Counted from the first letter of the stretch, positions 11,696 through 21,186 are shown. The stretch: 64,000 nucleotides of DNA from Spirochaetia bacterium (GCA_965199955.1 CBDATQ010000001.1:992001-1056000); one strand, 5' to 3'. A program made the numbers and translations. Notes: a model not told the origin generated them from the sequence alone.

Positions 11696-11992
11696 CTATC
11701 GATCCCCGGCGGCGCTGCCGGGCACGGAGGTCAGCTTCGGATCCCACTCCGCGGTGAGCTCGGCGACGACCTCGTCCAGCACCTGCCGGGTGCTTCCGTC
11801 ACGGGCCGTTCGCGGCCCCCACTTCCACTGCTCCAGGTAGGCGTCGCTGCCGGCCAGCCCCTCGCGCATGGCGACCCGGTCGATCTCGGTCTGGTAGCGG
11901 TCGGGCATCGTCGCCGACTGCGTTCCCTCCTCGCCGTACACCTTCACCTGCGCGGGAATGCCGCCCCAGGACAGCACCTTGTACTCGGCCAT
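11696..11992 (-). CDS. 'Virulence factor' family small protein (often beside B12 methyltransferase genes)
   Basis: W.GIPAQVKV...RYQTEIDRVAM.EG..GSDAYLEQW pattern; SD GAGGAGG. Confidence 0.75.
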   Translation of the reverse strand: MAEYKVLSWGGIPAQVKVYGEEGTQSATMPDRYQTEIDRVAMREGLAGSDAYLEQWKWGPRTARDGSTRQVLDEVVAELTAEWDPKLTSVPGSAAGDR

Positions 11993-11995
11993 GGC

Positions 11996-13036
11996 TCATG
12001 CCTCCTCGTTGAGGTGTCCCCGGCGGTGCGCGCGCAGGAACGCCTTGCAGCGGTCGTCGCGGCCGAGCAGCAGATCTTCGGCCATGCGGTAGCGGACCGA
12101 CTCGCGGTCCATGCCGCGCACCTCGTCCAGGTGGCTGGTCACCGGATCGACGATGCCGGAGTCGGCGCCGGCCTGCAGCGCCAACAGCAGGAACACGTCG
12201 TTGATCAGCCGCCGCTGCGGCATCCCGAACGACACGTTGCTGAAGCCGCCGGTGATGTGGATGTCGGGTCCGAAGCGGCCGCGGATCGTGCGGATGGCGT
12301 CCAGGCAGTGGTTGCCGAACTCGATGTCGACCGAGATCGGGAAGACCAGCGGGTCGACGAAGATGTCGGACGCCGCGATCCCCTTGCCGAGCGCTGCCTC
12401 GATGATGCGCGTGGCGTTGTCCGCCCGCTCGCCGGCGCCGGCCGGCATGCCGGACTCGCCGGCGGCGGTGACCACCACGCGCGTGTCGAATCGCTTCACG
12501 TCGTCCAGTACGTCGATCCGCTCCAGGGACGCCGAGTTCATCAGCGGCCGGCCCGCCCGGCCGGCGTCGACCACCTCCAGCCCGGTACGGATCGTGTCGC
12601 TGTTGGAGGAGTCGATCGATAGCGGCGTCGAACCGGTGTCCTGCACCATGCCGGCCAGCCACGCCATGGCGTGCTGCTGCTCGTCCGGCTTGAGCGACAC
12701 CTCGTCGACGTTCAGGTCCAGGTAGTCCGCGCCGGCGCGCTCCTGGCGCTGCACCAGCGTAGCCAAGTACTCGAGCGCGATCGGGGCGTCGGGGCCGCCG
12801 GCCATCGCCGTGCGCACCGCGATGCCCACGTGCTTGACGCGGCCTTCCTCGTAGTCCTGCCCGCGCTTGACGTCGTCCGGGATCGGCAGGTAACCGCTCT
12901 CGCGGCCGCGGTCCCTGAAGCGCACCGACTCGCGCCCGTCCGGCGCCTCCACGATGCGCTTGCCGCGGCGCAACAGCACCCGGGTGGTGTGTATGTTTTC
13001 GCCTATAGTCGTGAATCGTCCGTTGTCGTCGCCCAA
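11996..13036 (-). CDS. Pterin-binding methyltetrahydrofolate:corrinoid methyltransferase (AcsE/MeTr-like)
   Basis: IGENIH, GADYLDLN, LSIDS, LMNSAS, VDPLVFP, GGFSNVSFGMP, IVDP. Confidence 0.88.
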   Translation of the reverse strand: MGDDNGRFTTIGENIHTTRVLLRRGKRIVEAPDGRESVRFRDRGRESGYLPIPDDVKRGQDYEEGRVKHVGIAVRTAMAGGPDAPIALEYLATLVQRQERAGADYLDLNVDEVSLKPDEQQHAMAWLAGMVQDTGSTPLSIDSSNSDTIRTGLEVVDAGRAGRPLMNSASLERIDVLDDVKRFDTRVVVTAAGESGMPAGAGERADNATRIIEAALGKGIAASDIFVDPLVFPISVDIEFGNHCLDAIRTIRGRFGPDIHITGGFSNVSFGMPQRRLINDVFLLLALQAGADSGIVDPVTSHLDEVRGMDRESVRYRMAEDLLLGRDDRCKAFLRAHRRGHLNEEA

Positions 13037-13068
13037 ACCTGTTGCTCCTGGTGGTTCTCGTTCCGTTG

Positions 13069-15066
13069 TCAGCGCCGTGCGGCGCCGAGCTGCATCGGCT
13101 CGAACCGGCAGCCGTCAACGAACAGTTCGAAGAAGTCCGGCTCCAGCTCCAGCTCGACATGCTCGATGCGTTGCGCCAGCGCGTCGATGCGCTCGCGTTC
13201 GGGCTCGGAGAGTAGCGCGATGCGAGCCCCCTCGACCGCGGCGTTGCCGACCTTTTCGATCCGGTCGGCCGCAACGGGTGCCAGCATGCCGATATCGATG
13301 GCGTTGCGCTCGTTCACGTAGGTGGCGAACCCGCCGGCCAGGTAGAGCCGGTGCAGCTCTGCCGGCTCGATACCGAAGTGTCGCATGGCGATCACCTGGC
13401 CGCAGTAGTTGGCCGCCTTGGCCTGCGCCAGCGCGCTGGCGCAGGCGCGCGAGAAGGTGATGCGGTCCGGCACCACGTCGATCTCCTTGAGCCGCCGGTC
13501 GGCGGTGAACACCCCCTTGGGCGTGATCATGCCGTGCCGTCGCAGCTCCGCGACCAGGTCGATCAGGCCGGAACCGCAGATTCCTTCCGGCGGAGCATCG
13601 CCGATGGTGTGGAATGAGAATCCCCCATCCTTCCAGGCCAGCGACTCGATGGCGCCGTCGTAGGCGGGCATGCCGTGGGTGATCAGCCCGCCCTCGAACG
13701 CGGGGCCGGCCGGGCAGGACGCGGCGATCAGCCGGTCGCGGTGGCCGACCACGACCTCGGTGTTGGTGCCCACGTCGACCAGCATCACCGGCCGTTCGGC
13801 GTCGGCCATGCCGATCGCCAGCAGGCAGGCGACGGTGTCGGCGCCGACGTGGCTGCCGATGATGGGCAGGCCGACCACGCGGGCGCGCGGGTTCAGGTGC
13901 AGGCCGAGCTGCCGCGCGGGCGCCTGCAGCGTGGTGGTGGCGCGGCGGCCGGCGCGGAAGTCCGCCTCAACGCTGGAGCGGTACGGACGCTGGCCCAGCC
14001 CCTGAACGTCCAGCCCGAACAGGATGTCGCGCATGGTCGGATTGCCGGCGACGACGATCTCCGTCACCGAGGTGCGCCGGAACCCGCAGGAGCGGGCGAC
14101 CGTGCGGATCTCGGTGTTGATGGCGCTGACGATGGCGTGCTGCAGCTCGCCGGTGAAGCTGCCGGCCGCGTAGGAGATGCGGTGCATGATGTCGGAGCCC
14201 GCGAACCCCTGCGGGTTGGCGAAGGAGGCGGTGACGATGGTCGCTTCCGCTTCCAGGTCGATCACCTTCATCACCACGGTGGTGGTGCCCAGGTCGATGG
14301 CGAGGCCGAGCTCGTGTCCGGGGAAGCGGTCCCGCGGGGAGGCGGAGCCGGGGCTGCCGTCGGTCCGAAGCTCCGCGTCGAGGGTGCGCTCGCGGCCGGC
14401 GCCGCTGCCGTCGGTGAGGATGCGCGGCGAGCGGCGCAGCGGCTGGAACGCCACCTCGGCGCAGCGGTCCGTGACCTCGGTCTGGCACGCCAGTCGGAAC
14501 GGGTCCTGCAGGAAGCGCTCCGCTTCCGTGCGGGGGCTCAGCCCGTCGAGGCCGGCATCGACACGCACCACGCACTCGTGGCAGATGCCGGTGCGCGCGC
14601 AGGAGCTGGGGACGCGCATCGACGCGCGGTCCGCGTAGTCGAACAGCGTGGCGCCTGCCACCGGGCTCAGCCGTTCGGCGCCGCACGTCACGCTCCCCGA
14701 TCCGTGGTGGTCCGCGTCGACCTCCTCGCCCGCACGTCGTCGCTGTCGCTCCGGCGTGCGCCCAGCCGGCCGTTCCTGGGAGCTCACCGCTATCGCGTCG
14801 ACTTCCCAAGCACTTCGATAGTCGAGCTTGTCGTCGCCCGCACAGAGGAAGCGGAGCCTGTCCGTCCCCGACGCGAAGCGCGGGTCGTCGGCTTCGGGGC
14901 GCCTCTGGTTGCGGCAGCCGAACGCGGCGGTGCAGCGGTCGTGCCGGTCCTTGTACGGACAGCGCCACGTCGCCTGGACGCTGGCGTGGTCGGCGATCGG
15001 CGCCAGCACCGCGCTGAGGCGGTCAAGGCGCTGCTGCCATGCCTCCGCTTCCAGGCCCGCCGCCAC
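13069..15066 (-). CDS. ASKHA-type reductive activator of corrinoid proteins (RACo/RamA-like) with [2Fe-2S] domain
   Basis: C-x4-G-x-C-x2-C...RLACQ ferredoxin motif; IDLGTTT, DVGTNTE, GPAFEG, GICGSG, LAGGF, VGNAA. Confidence 0.9.
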   Translation of the reverse strand: MAAGLEAEAWQQRLDRLSAVLAPIADHASVQATWRCPYKDRHDRCTAAFGCRNQRRPEADDPRFASGTDRLRFLCAGDDKLDYRSAWEVDAIAVSSQERPAGRTPERQRRRAGEEVDADHHGSGSVTCGAERLSPVAGATLFDYADRASMRVPSSCARTGICHECVVRVDAGLDGLSPRTEAERFLQDPFRLACQTEVTDRCAEVAFQPLRRSPRILTDGSGAGRERTLDAELRTDGSPGSASPRDRFPGHELGLAIDLGTTTVVMKVIDLEAEATIVTASFANPQGFAGSDIMHRISYAAGSFTGELQHAIVSAINTEIRTVARSCGFRRTSVTEIVVAGNPTMRDILFGLDVQGLGQRPYRSSVEADFRAGRRATTTLQAPARQLGLHLNPRARVVGLPIIGSHVGADTVACLLAIGMADAERPVMLVDVGTNTEVVVGHRDRLIAASCPAGPAFEGGLITHGMPAYDGAIESLAWKDGGFSFHTIGDAPPEGICGSGLIDLVAELRRHGMITPKGVFTADRRLKEIDVVPDRITFSRACASALAQAKAANYCGQVIAMRHFGIEPAELHRLYLAGGFATYVNERNAIDIGMLAPVAADRIEKVGNAAVEGARIALLSEPERERIDALAQRIEHVELELEPDFFELFVDGCRFEPMQLGAARR

Positions 15067-15100
15067 GGACCCTCCATCGTTCCCGGCGCCGGACGCCCGC

Positions 15101-15862
15101 TCAGTCGTCGACCTGCTCCCGTTCGACCATGAGCCGCTTGGCCAACTCCACGCAGGCGACCGCGTCCTTGCCGTAGCCGTCGGCGCCCATGTCGTCGGCG
15201 AACTCCTGCGTGACCGGGGCGCCGCCCACCATGATCTGCACGTCGTCGCGCAGGTCGGCGTCGATGAACGCCTCGATAGTCTTGCCCATGTTGGGCATGG
15301 TCGTGGTCAGCAGCGCCGACATGCCCATCAGCGGCGCCTCGTTCTCCTCCACCGCGTCGATGAACTCGTCGGCCGAGGTGTCGACGCCCAGGTCGATCAC
15401 CTCGAAGCCGGCGCCGCGCAGCAGCATGATGCACAGGTTCTTGCCGATGTCGTGCAGGTCGCCCTTGACCGTGCCCATCACCACCGTGCCCTGCGACGGC
15501 ACGCCGGACTCCGACAGGATCGGCTCGATGTGCGCCATGCCGGCCTTCATGGCGCGGGCGCACGCCAGCACCTCCGGCACGAAGATGATGTTCTCCCGGA
15601 ACTTGATGCCGACGATCCCCATGCCCGCGATCAGACCGTCGTCCATGATCTCGACCGCGGTGATGCCGCCGTCAAGCGCCTGCTTCGTCAGCTCGTCGAC
15701 CTCGTCGTCCTCTCCCTCGATGAGGGCCGCCGAGATCTCCTGCATCGCCGGCCGGGCGCGCGCGAACATCTCGATCATGCGCTCGCGCTCGTCGGGCCGC
15801 TCGATGAACTCCTCGATCTCCTCTCGGATCAACTCATTGTCGATGTCTTCGATCTGCGCCAT
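15101..15862 (-). CDS. Corrinoid (B12-binding) methyl-carrier protein
   Basis: Cap domain FVPEVL; GDLHDIGKNL (DxHxxG), SALLTTT, VGGAP. Confidence 0.93.
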   Translation of the reverse strand: MAQIEDIDNELIREEIEEFIERPDERERMIEMFARARPAMQEISAALIEGEDDEVDELTKQALDGGITAVEIMDDGLIAGMGIVGIKFRENIIFVPEVLACARAMKAGMAHIEPILSESGVPSQGTVVMGTVKGDLHDIGKNLCIMLLRGAGFEVIDLGVDTSADEFIDAVEENEAPLMGMSALLTTTMPNMGKTIEAFIDADLRDDVQIMVGGAPVTQEFADDMGADGYGKDAVACVELAKRLMVEREQVDD

Positions 15863-15905
15863 GGGTGGTTCCGTCCGTTCCTGTGGTGCGTGCTGATTCC
15901 GGCGG

Positions 15906-16925
15906 TCAGTTCGCGTACTGCCGAGACCAGTCGGCGACCGCCGCGGGGATGGCCTTGAGGTTGTCGAGCGGGGTCTGCAGCGGGATCGCGCACTCGGGCC
16001 CGACCAGCTTGATGCCGGCGTCCAGGTTCTTGCGCACCTCCGCCTGCACCTCCTCGGGGCCGCGGGCGAACAGCGTCTCCGGGTTGTTGACGTTGCCGAC
16101 CAGGGCGATGCGGTCGCCGGTCACCTCGATGGACTCGGCCGGGTCGTTCTTGGAGTCGTAGTGGAAGGCGGCGAAGCCGGTCTCGGCGATGTAGCCCATG
16201 CGGTCGATGGTCTTGCCGCAGATATGCAGGATGAGCGGGATCGGGATGCGTTCCACGAACTCGATGTGCAGGTCCCGCAGGAAGCGCCGGTAGTAGTCGC
16301 CCGACACCAAGTCGCCGGTGGCGTGGTCGGGCAGGGTCAGCGCGTCGGCGCCCGCCTCGATCTGGGCGACGCCGAAGTCGATGGTCGCCTCCTTTAGCCG
16401 GTCCAGGATCAGCTTGGTCTCGTCCGGGTCGTCCAGGGACAGCAGCAGGAAGCGCTCCACGCCGAAGCAGTGGTAGGCGAGCGACCACGGCCCCATGGTC
16501 TTGCCGATCACCGCCACCTCGTCGCCGTACTCCGCCTTCAGCCGGCGGATCGCGTCGAGCACGCAGGTGGTGTCCTGATGGGTGAGGAAGTCGCGCGGGA
16601 TGACGATGTCGTCCGGCGTCTCCCAGATTGGCTGGCTCATCTTCACGGTCGGCCAGTTGTCCTTCTGCTCCCACTGGATCTTGCAGCCGAGCGCGGAGGA
16701 GTCCTGGATGATCGAGAACACGGGCATGATGGTGTCGAAGCCCAGCTCGGTATGGCCCGTGGCCGCCAGGCGGGCCATCAGCTCGCCGTCGCGATTGGCA
16801 TCCGGGAACGGCGCATCCACCAAGTCCATCAACTCCACGGTCGCCACCGAGGTCGGGTTGCACACCGCCGGCCGGTCGACCGGCTCGCCGCGAAACGCCG
16901 CCAGCACCCGCTCCCTGCCTGTCAT
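15906..16925 (-). CDS. MtaA/CmuA-type methyltransferase (UroD superfamily)
   Basis: MTGRERVLAAF..EPVDR, GPWSLA, QIEAGAD, Zn motif HICG...PEC. Confidence 0.88.
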   Translation of the reverse strand: MTGRERVLAAFRGEPVDRPAVCNPTSVATVELMDLVDAPFPDANRDGELMARLAATGHTELGFDTIMPVFSIIQDSSALGCKIQWEQKDNWPTVKMSQPIWETPDDIVIPRDFLTHQDTTCVLDAIRRLKAEYGDEVAVIGKTMGPWSLAYHCFGVERFLLLSLDDPDETKLILDRLKEATIDFGVAQIEAGADALTLPDHATGDLVSGDYYRRFLRDLHIEFVERIPIPLILHICGKTIDRMGYIAETGFAAFHYDSKNDPAESIEVTGDRIALVGNVNNPETLFARGPEEVQAEVRKNLDAGIKLVGPECAIPLQTPLDNLKAIPAAVADWSRQYAN

Positions 16926-16953
16926 CGGTTTCCTCCGTTCATCGTCGCGCCCG

Positions 16954-17583
16954 TTACCGCTGCTGACTCGGTGCGCTGAGCACGCCTCGCGACGCGGCCG
17001 CTTCCTGCTCGCGCAACGCGCCCCGCACGTTGAGCGCCCGCAGCAGCAGGAGCCCGACCAGCTCGTGGTGGTCGGTCCCGCAGGGGAACCGTACTTCGTC
17101 GCCTTCCACGTCGAGCTCCGCCAGCTTGCCCAGGCCGGCGGCGACCGCCGCCACCCGCCTGCGCTCGCGGGCGCCGTCCCGGTCGCCCGAGCAACGGTAA
17201 CGGCCGCCGCCCAGCCCGTCGGCGCGGATCGTCAGGTCGTTCTTCTTGTCCAGCACCCACATCTCTCGCTGCGCCGGCTCGGTGCCGGGCGCGACCTTGC
17301 ACGACTCCACGAACAGCCTCTTGAGCGCCGTCTCGTGGGCGTACCCGCAGGCAAACCGCAACGCCAGCGGATTGCCGCCGGCGCTCTCCATGCCGCCGAT
17401 CGCCTGCATCACGGCCGCCAGAAACGCCATCCGGTCGCCGGCCCCCTCACGCTTGCTGTAGCTGTGCAGCAGGTAGGTGGCGCCGTCGGCGCCGTCGGTG
17501 CGGTAGACGGCGATGCTGATGTCGTGGAAGTGCGGATCCATCGACAGCAACTCGATGCGGCGGCCCAGATCGAGGGTCTCCAT
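16954..17583 (-). CDS. hypothetical protein with two RFxCGxxH repeats
   Basis: 209 aa; first gene of the corrinoid cluster; LRFACGYAH and VRFPCGTDH. Confidence 0.75.
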   Translation of the reverse strand: METLDLGRRIELLSMDPHFHDISIAVYRTDGADGATYLLHSYSKREGAGDRMAFLAAVMQAIGGMESAGGNPLALRFACGYAHETALKRLFVESCKVAPGTEPAQREMWVLDKKNDLTIRADGLGGGRYRCSGDRDGARERRRVAAVAAGLGKLAELDVEGDEVRFPCGTDHHELVGLLLLRALNVRGALREQEAAASRGVLSAPSQQR

Positions 17584-17642
17584 GGCGCGCGACGATGGTA
17601 CGGCGGGGCCGACCTCGGGTCAAATGCGTTAGTATCCCCTCA

Positions 17643-19979
17643 ATGGATCGCTCTTCGAGTGAGGTTCGCTTCGCTCACCTGCGGCTGATCTGTGACTTCG
17701 GCGAGATGAGCGGGCTGTTCCTGGGCTCGCTCAGCCTGAAGGCGTTCCTGGACCGCGCGGTGCAGATGGTCGCGCGCCACATGCGCGCGGCGGTGTGCAG
17801 CATCTACATCTTCGAGGAAGAATCCGAGGAGCTGGTGCTCCGCGCGACCATCGGCCTGGAGCCGTCGCCGGTCGGCCGCGTGCGCCTGGCGCTCGGCGAA
17901 GGGATCGTCGGCGCCGCGCTCGAAGGCCGGCGGCCGATCGTGCAGCGGATCGCCTCCGAGCATCCCAGCTTCAAGCCAGTCCCCGACATCGACGAGGAGC
18001 GCTACGAGGCGTTCCTGGCGGTGCCGATCACGCGCGGCATCGCTCCCATCGGCGTGCTGGCCGTGCAGCGCGAAGCGGCCACGCCGTTCGACGAGGACGA
18101 CGCGCTGGCGCTGCGCGCGGTCGCCAGCCAGCTCGCCAACGCGCTGGAGAACGCGCGGCTGCTCATGGACGCCAGGGAAGCGGACGAGTCGGCGCGGAGC
18201 GACGGTCACCGCCGCCCGGCACGGGGCGCCCGCGGCCGCCAGGCGCGCTCCGGGGAGCGCTTCGCCGGGCAGACGGCCGCCGAAGGCCAGGCGGTGGGAC
18301 CGGCCGCGCCGTTCGACCGCGAGGGGGTCTACGAGTCGTTCGCCCAGCGTACCTATGACCGCACGTTCGGCCGGGCCGACTTCGAATCGGCGGTGCTCGC
18401 CACCGAGCACAAGCTCGAGGAGCTGCAGGCCAAGGTGGAGGACAAGCTTTCCGACGTCGCTTCGCTGATCTTCGCCGCCCACCTGCTGATCCTGAAGGAC
18501 CAGGAGTTCATCGGCCGCGTGCTGACCCGCATCGAACGGGGCGAAAGCGCCCCCGGCGCCGTGCTGCAGGTGGCCTCCTCCTACCTGCAGCGCTTCGCCG
18601 CCAGCGAGAGCGTCTACATCAAGGACAAGGTGCAGGACGTCAAGGACGTGGTGGTGCGCCTGCTCGGCAATATCGTCGGCGAGAGCTCGGCGATCGACTC
18701 CCGGCCGGGCAGCATCGTGGTGGCGCGGGAGCTGTACCCGTCGGACCTGCTGGAGCTCTCCGCCCTGGGGGCTGCCGGCGTGGTGCTGGTCACCGGCGGC
18801 GCCAGCTCGCACTTGTCGATCCTGGCCCGGTCGCTGCTGCTGCCGCTGATCATCGTCCGCGACGAACGGATGATGACCGTCACCGAGGGGAGCACCCTGC
18901 TGCTGGACGGCAACGGCGGCATGGTGCAGGTCAATCCCGACGAGGCTGACCTGCAGATCTTCCACGATCAGCGGGCGATCCTGGAGCGCTCGGAGCGTCA
19001 GGCGCCGGGGCAGCCGGTCACCAGGACGATCGACGGCACCGGCATCCGCGTCCTGGCGAACGTGAACCTGCTCAGCGACGTGGAGCTCGCCACCGATCTG
19101 GGCGCCGACGGCATCGGCCTGTACCGCAGCGAGTTCCCGTTCATCGTGCGCAGCGACTTCCCGACGGAGGAGGAGCAGCTCGCGGTGTACACGCAGTTGC
19201 TGGCGCGGTTCCGGGGACGCGAGGTCAACCTGCGGACGCTCGACATGGGCGGCGACAAGGTCCTGTCCTACTTCTCCGACGACACCCGCGAAGCCAATCC
19301 GTTCCTGGGCATGCGCTCGATCCGCTTCTCGCTGCGCAACCCGGACATCTTCCGGCAGCAGGTGCGGGCGATGCTGCGCGCCGGCGTGGGCCGCACCATC
19401 CGCATCATGTTCCCGATGGTGTCGGCCCTGGACGAGTTCCTGCACGGCCGCAGGATCACCCTGGACTGCGTGCAGGAACTGCAGGACGAGGGCGTCGAGT
19501 GCGATCTGCCTGCCATCGGCATGATGGTCGAGGTTCCGTCGGTGCTGCCGATCATCGATGCCTTCGCGGCGGAGGCCGACTTCCTGTCGATCGGCAGCAA
19601 CGACCTGATCCAGTACCTGATCGCGGTCGACCGCACCAACGAGAAGGTGGCCGACCTCTACCGCCCCTACCACCCGGCGGTGCTGCGCTCGCTGCACCTG
19701 GTGGCCGAGAGCGCCGTAGAGCATGGCACCGAACTGTCGGTGTGCGGCGACATGGCGCACCAGGCCGAGTACATCCCGTTTCTGATCGGCATCGGCGTGC
19801 GCACGCTGAGCGTGGAGCCGACGTACCTGCCGCGGGTGCGGGCGCTGGTGGCCGGCATCGAGCTGCAGGAGGCGGAGGCGGAAGCGGACGCGATGCTCGC
19901 CTGCACCACGCTGACCGACGTCGAGGAAGTGATGGGCGAACGCCTGTGGGCGCGCCGCGAAGTCGGCGAGCTGTTGTAG
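17643..19979 (+). CDS. ptsP: GAF-domain PEP-protein phosphotransferase (EI-Ntr type)
   Basis: N-terminal GAF (CSIY, GEGIVG); phospho-His SSHLSILARS; GIGLYRSEF, RTLDMGGDK, NPFLGMR, SIGSNDL, VCGDMA. Start ATG 17643 lies 7 nt after TAGTAT. Confidence 0.93.
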   Translation: MDRSSSEVRFAHLRLICDFGEMSGLFLGSLSLKAFLDRAVQMVARHMRAAVCSIYIFEEESEELVLRATIGLEPSPVGRVRLALGEGIVGAALEGRRPIVQRIASEHPSFKPVPDIDEERYEAFLAVPITRGIAPIGVLAVQREAATPFDEDDALALRAVASQLANALENARLLMDAREADESARSDGHRRPARGARGRQARSGERFAGQTAAEGQAVGPAAPFDREGVYESFAQRTYDRTFGRADFESAVLATEHKLEELQAKVEDKLSDVASLIFAAHLLILKDQEFIGRVLTRIERGESAPGAVLQVASSYLQRFAASESVYIKDKVQDVKDVVVRLLGNIVGESSAIDSRPGSIVVARELYPSDLLELSALGAAGVVLVTGGASSHLSILARSLLLPLIIVRDERMMTVTEGSTLLLDGNGGMVQVNPDEADLQIFHDQRAILERSERQAPGQPVTRTIDGTGIRVLANVNLLSDVELATDLGADGIGLYRSEFPFIVRSDFPTEEEQLAVYTQLLARFRGREVNLRTLDMGGDKVLSYFSDDTREANPFLGMRSIRFSLRNPDIFRQQVRAMLRAGVGRTIRIMFPMVSALDEFLHGRRITLDCVQELQDEGVECDLPAIGMMVEVPSVLPIIDAFAAEADFLSIGSNDLIQYLIAVDRTNEKVADLYRPYHPAVLRSLHLVAESAVEHGTELSVCGDMAHQAEYIPFLIGIGVRTLSVEPTYLPRVRALVAGIELQEAEAEADAMLACTTLTDVEEVMGERLWARREVGELL

Positions 19980-20000
19980 GAGCGGTCCGCGGGCCGGAGC

Positions 20001-20075
20001 TCAGTCGTCCAGCGGCACCACGCCTTCGCGGATCGCGGTACGGGCGATCTCAGCCTCTGGATGATGTCTAGACGC
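20001..20075 (-). pseudogene. Possible C-terminal remnant of a LuxR/NarL-type regulator
   Basis: The minus strand reads AEIARTAIREGVVPLDD*, preceded after a frameshift by RLDI, resembling the LuxR HTH end 'KLDI..xAELTRYAIREG'. Confidence 0.35.
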
Positions 20076-20122
20076 CCGGATGTTGCTATTGTCTCCCCAT
20101 CAGCCGGACGGGGAGGAGCGCG

Positions 20123-20419
20123 ATGAATCTCGACATCCAGGGCGTGCACATGCCGGTGGCGAAGGATACCCGAGAGTACCTGGAGAAGAAGCTCCACCGG
20201 CTCCGTCACGTGGACGATCAGATCGTGGACCTGCGCGTGACGCTCACCGCCGATCACGGCTCGATCCTGTTCGGGGCGAACCTGCACCTGCGCTGGGGTA
20301 GCGACCTGCACGTGGAAATCGAGGCGTACGACGAGCACGAGGGGGTCGACCTGCTCATCGACAAGCTGGAGTCCGCTGCGACCAAGGACAAGGAGCGGAT
20401 CCAGGAGAAGCGGAGGTAG
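20123..20419 (+). CDS. hpf: Ribosome hibernation promoting factor / RaiA (short form)
   Basis: MNLDIQGVHM...REYLEKKL...VDLLIDKLE...KDKERI; SD GGAGGAG. Confidence 0.85.
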   Translation: MNLDIQGVHMPVAKDTREYLEKKLHRLRHVDDQIVDLRVTLTADHGSILFGANLHLRWGSDLHVEIEAYDEHEGVDLLIDKLESAATKDKERIQEKRR

Positions 20420-20423
20420 AACG

Positions 20424-21146
20424 ATGGGTGTCATCACGATTTCGCGGCAGCTCGGATCCGGTGCTGCCGACATCGTCGAGCAGGTGGCCGGACAGCTCCG
20501 CTACGACGTGGTCGACAAGCAGATCATCAGCGAGGTGGCGCGCGCTACCGGCGTTCCCGAGGAACGCGTGAGCGAGGTCGACGAGCAGGATGAGACCGGG
20601 CTGCGCGGCATCCTGGAGCGCTGGTTCGAGGCGGCGGCCGCCACGGGCGCCTATCGGGCTTCGGGTTTCGGGGATGTGGCGATCCCGCCGGGGGCGCTGA
20701 TCGACGAGCTGGGCGAGACCACGCACGTGCTGGACCGCGAGGTCTACCACGAGGTCGTGCGCCAGGCGATCATGAAACTCGCCGAGCGCGGCGACGTGAT
20801 CATCGTCGGCCGCGGCAGCATGATGGTCCTGCAGGACGTGCCCGGCGTGCTGCGGGTGCGCATCACCGCCTCCGAGAAGTCGCGCGCGGAACGGGCGGGG
20901 GCGCTGGAGGGACTCGGCGCCCGCGAGGCGCTGCAGCTTGTCCGTGACAGCGACCGGCGGCGGTCGGCATTCATCTCCCGCAACTATCACGCCGATTGGG
21001 ACGACGCGTCGCTCTACCACCTGGTGGTCAACACCGAGATTGTCCCGTCGTCGACGGCGTCAAAGGTAATCGCGGCTGCCGCCAAGGACCTTGCCAAACC
21101 GCAGGCGGGCGCCGCCCGCATTCGCAAGCGCTGGTTCCGACGCTGA
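20424..21146 (+). CDS. Cytidylate kinase-like family protein
   Basis: ITISRQLGSG, VIIVGRG, SDRRR, YHLVVNT. Confidence 0.88.
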   Translation: MGVITISRQLGSGAADIVEQVAGQLRYDVVDKQIISEVARATGVPEERVSEVDEQDETGLRGILERWFEAAAATGAYRASGFGDVAIPPGALIDELGETTHVLDREVYHEVVRQAIMKLAERGDVIIVGRGSMMVLQDVPGVLRVRITASEKSRAERAGALEGLGAREALQLVRDSDRRRSAFISRNYHADWDDASLYHLVVNTEIVPSSTASKVIAAAAKDLAKPQAGAARIRKRWFRR

Positions 21147-21186
21147 ACGCTGCTCCCGCAGGGGAGCGGCCGTCCCCCGGGATCGG

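Noticed and set aside
11996..17583. Pyrrolysine-type methylamine methyltransferase, methanogenesis or Wood-Ljungdahl assignment
   Set aside because: No MttB/MtmB-like gene, no in-frame amber codon, and no CODH/ACS or mcr genes in the window.
17584..17642. Cobalamin riboswitch ahead of the corrinoid operon
   Set aside because: The spacer is only 59 nt and no B12-box is visible.
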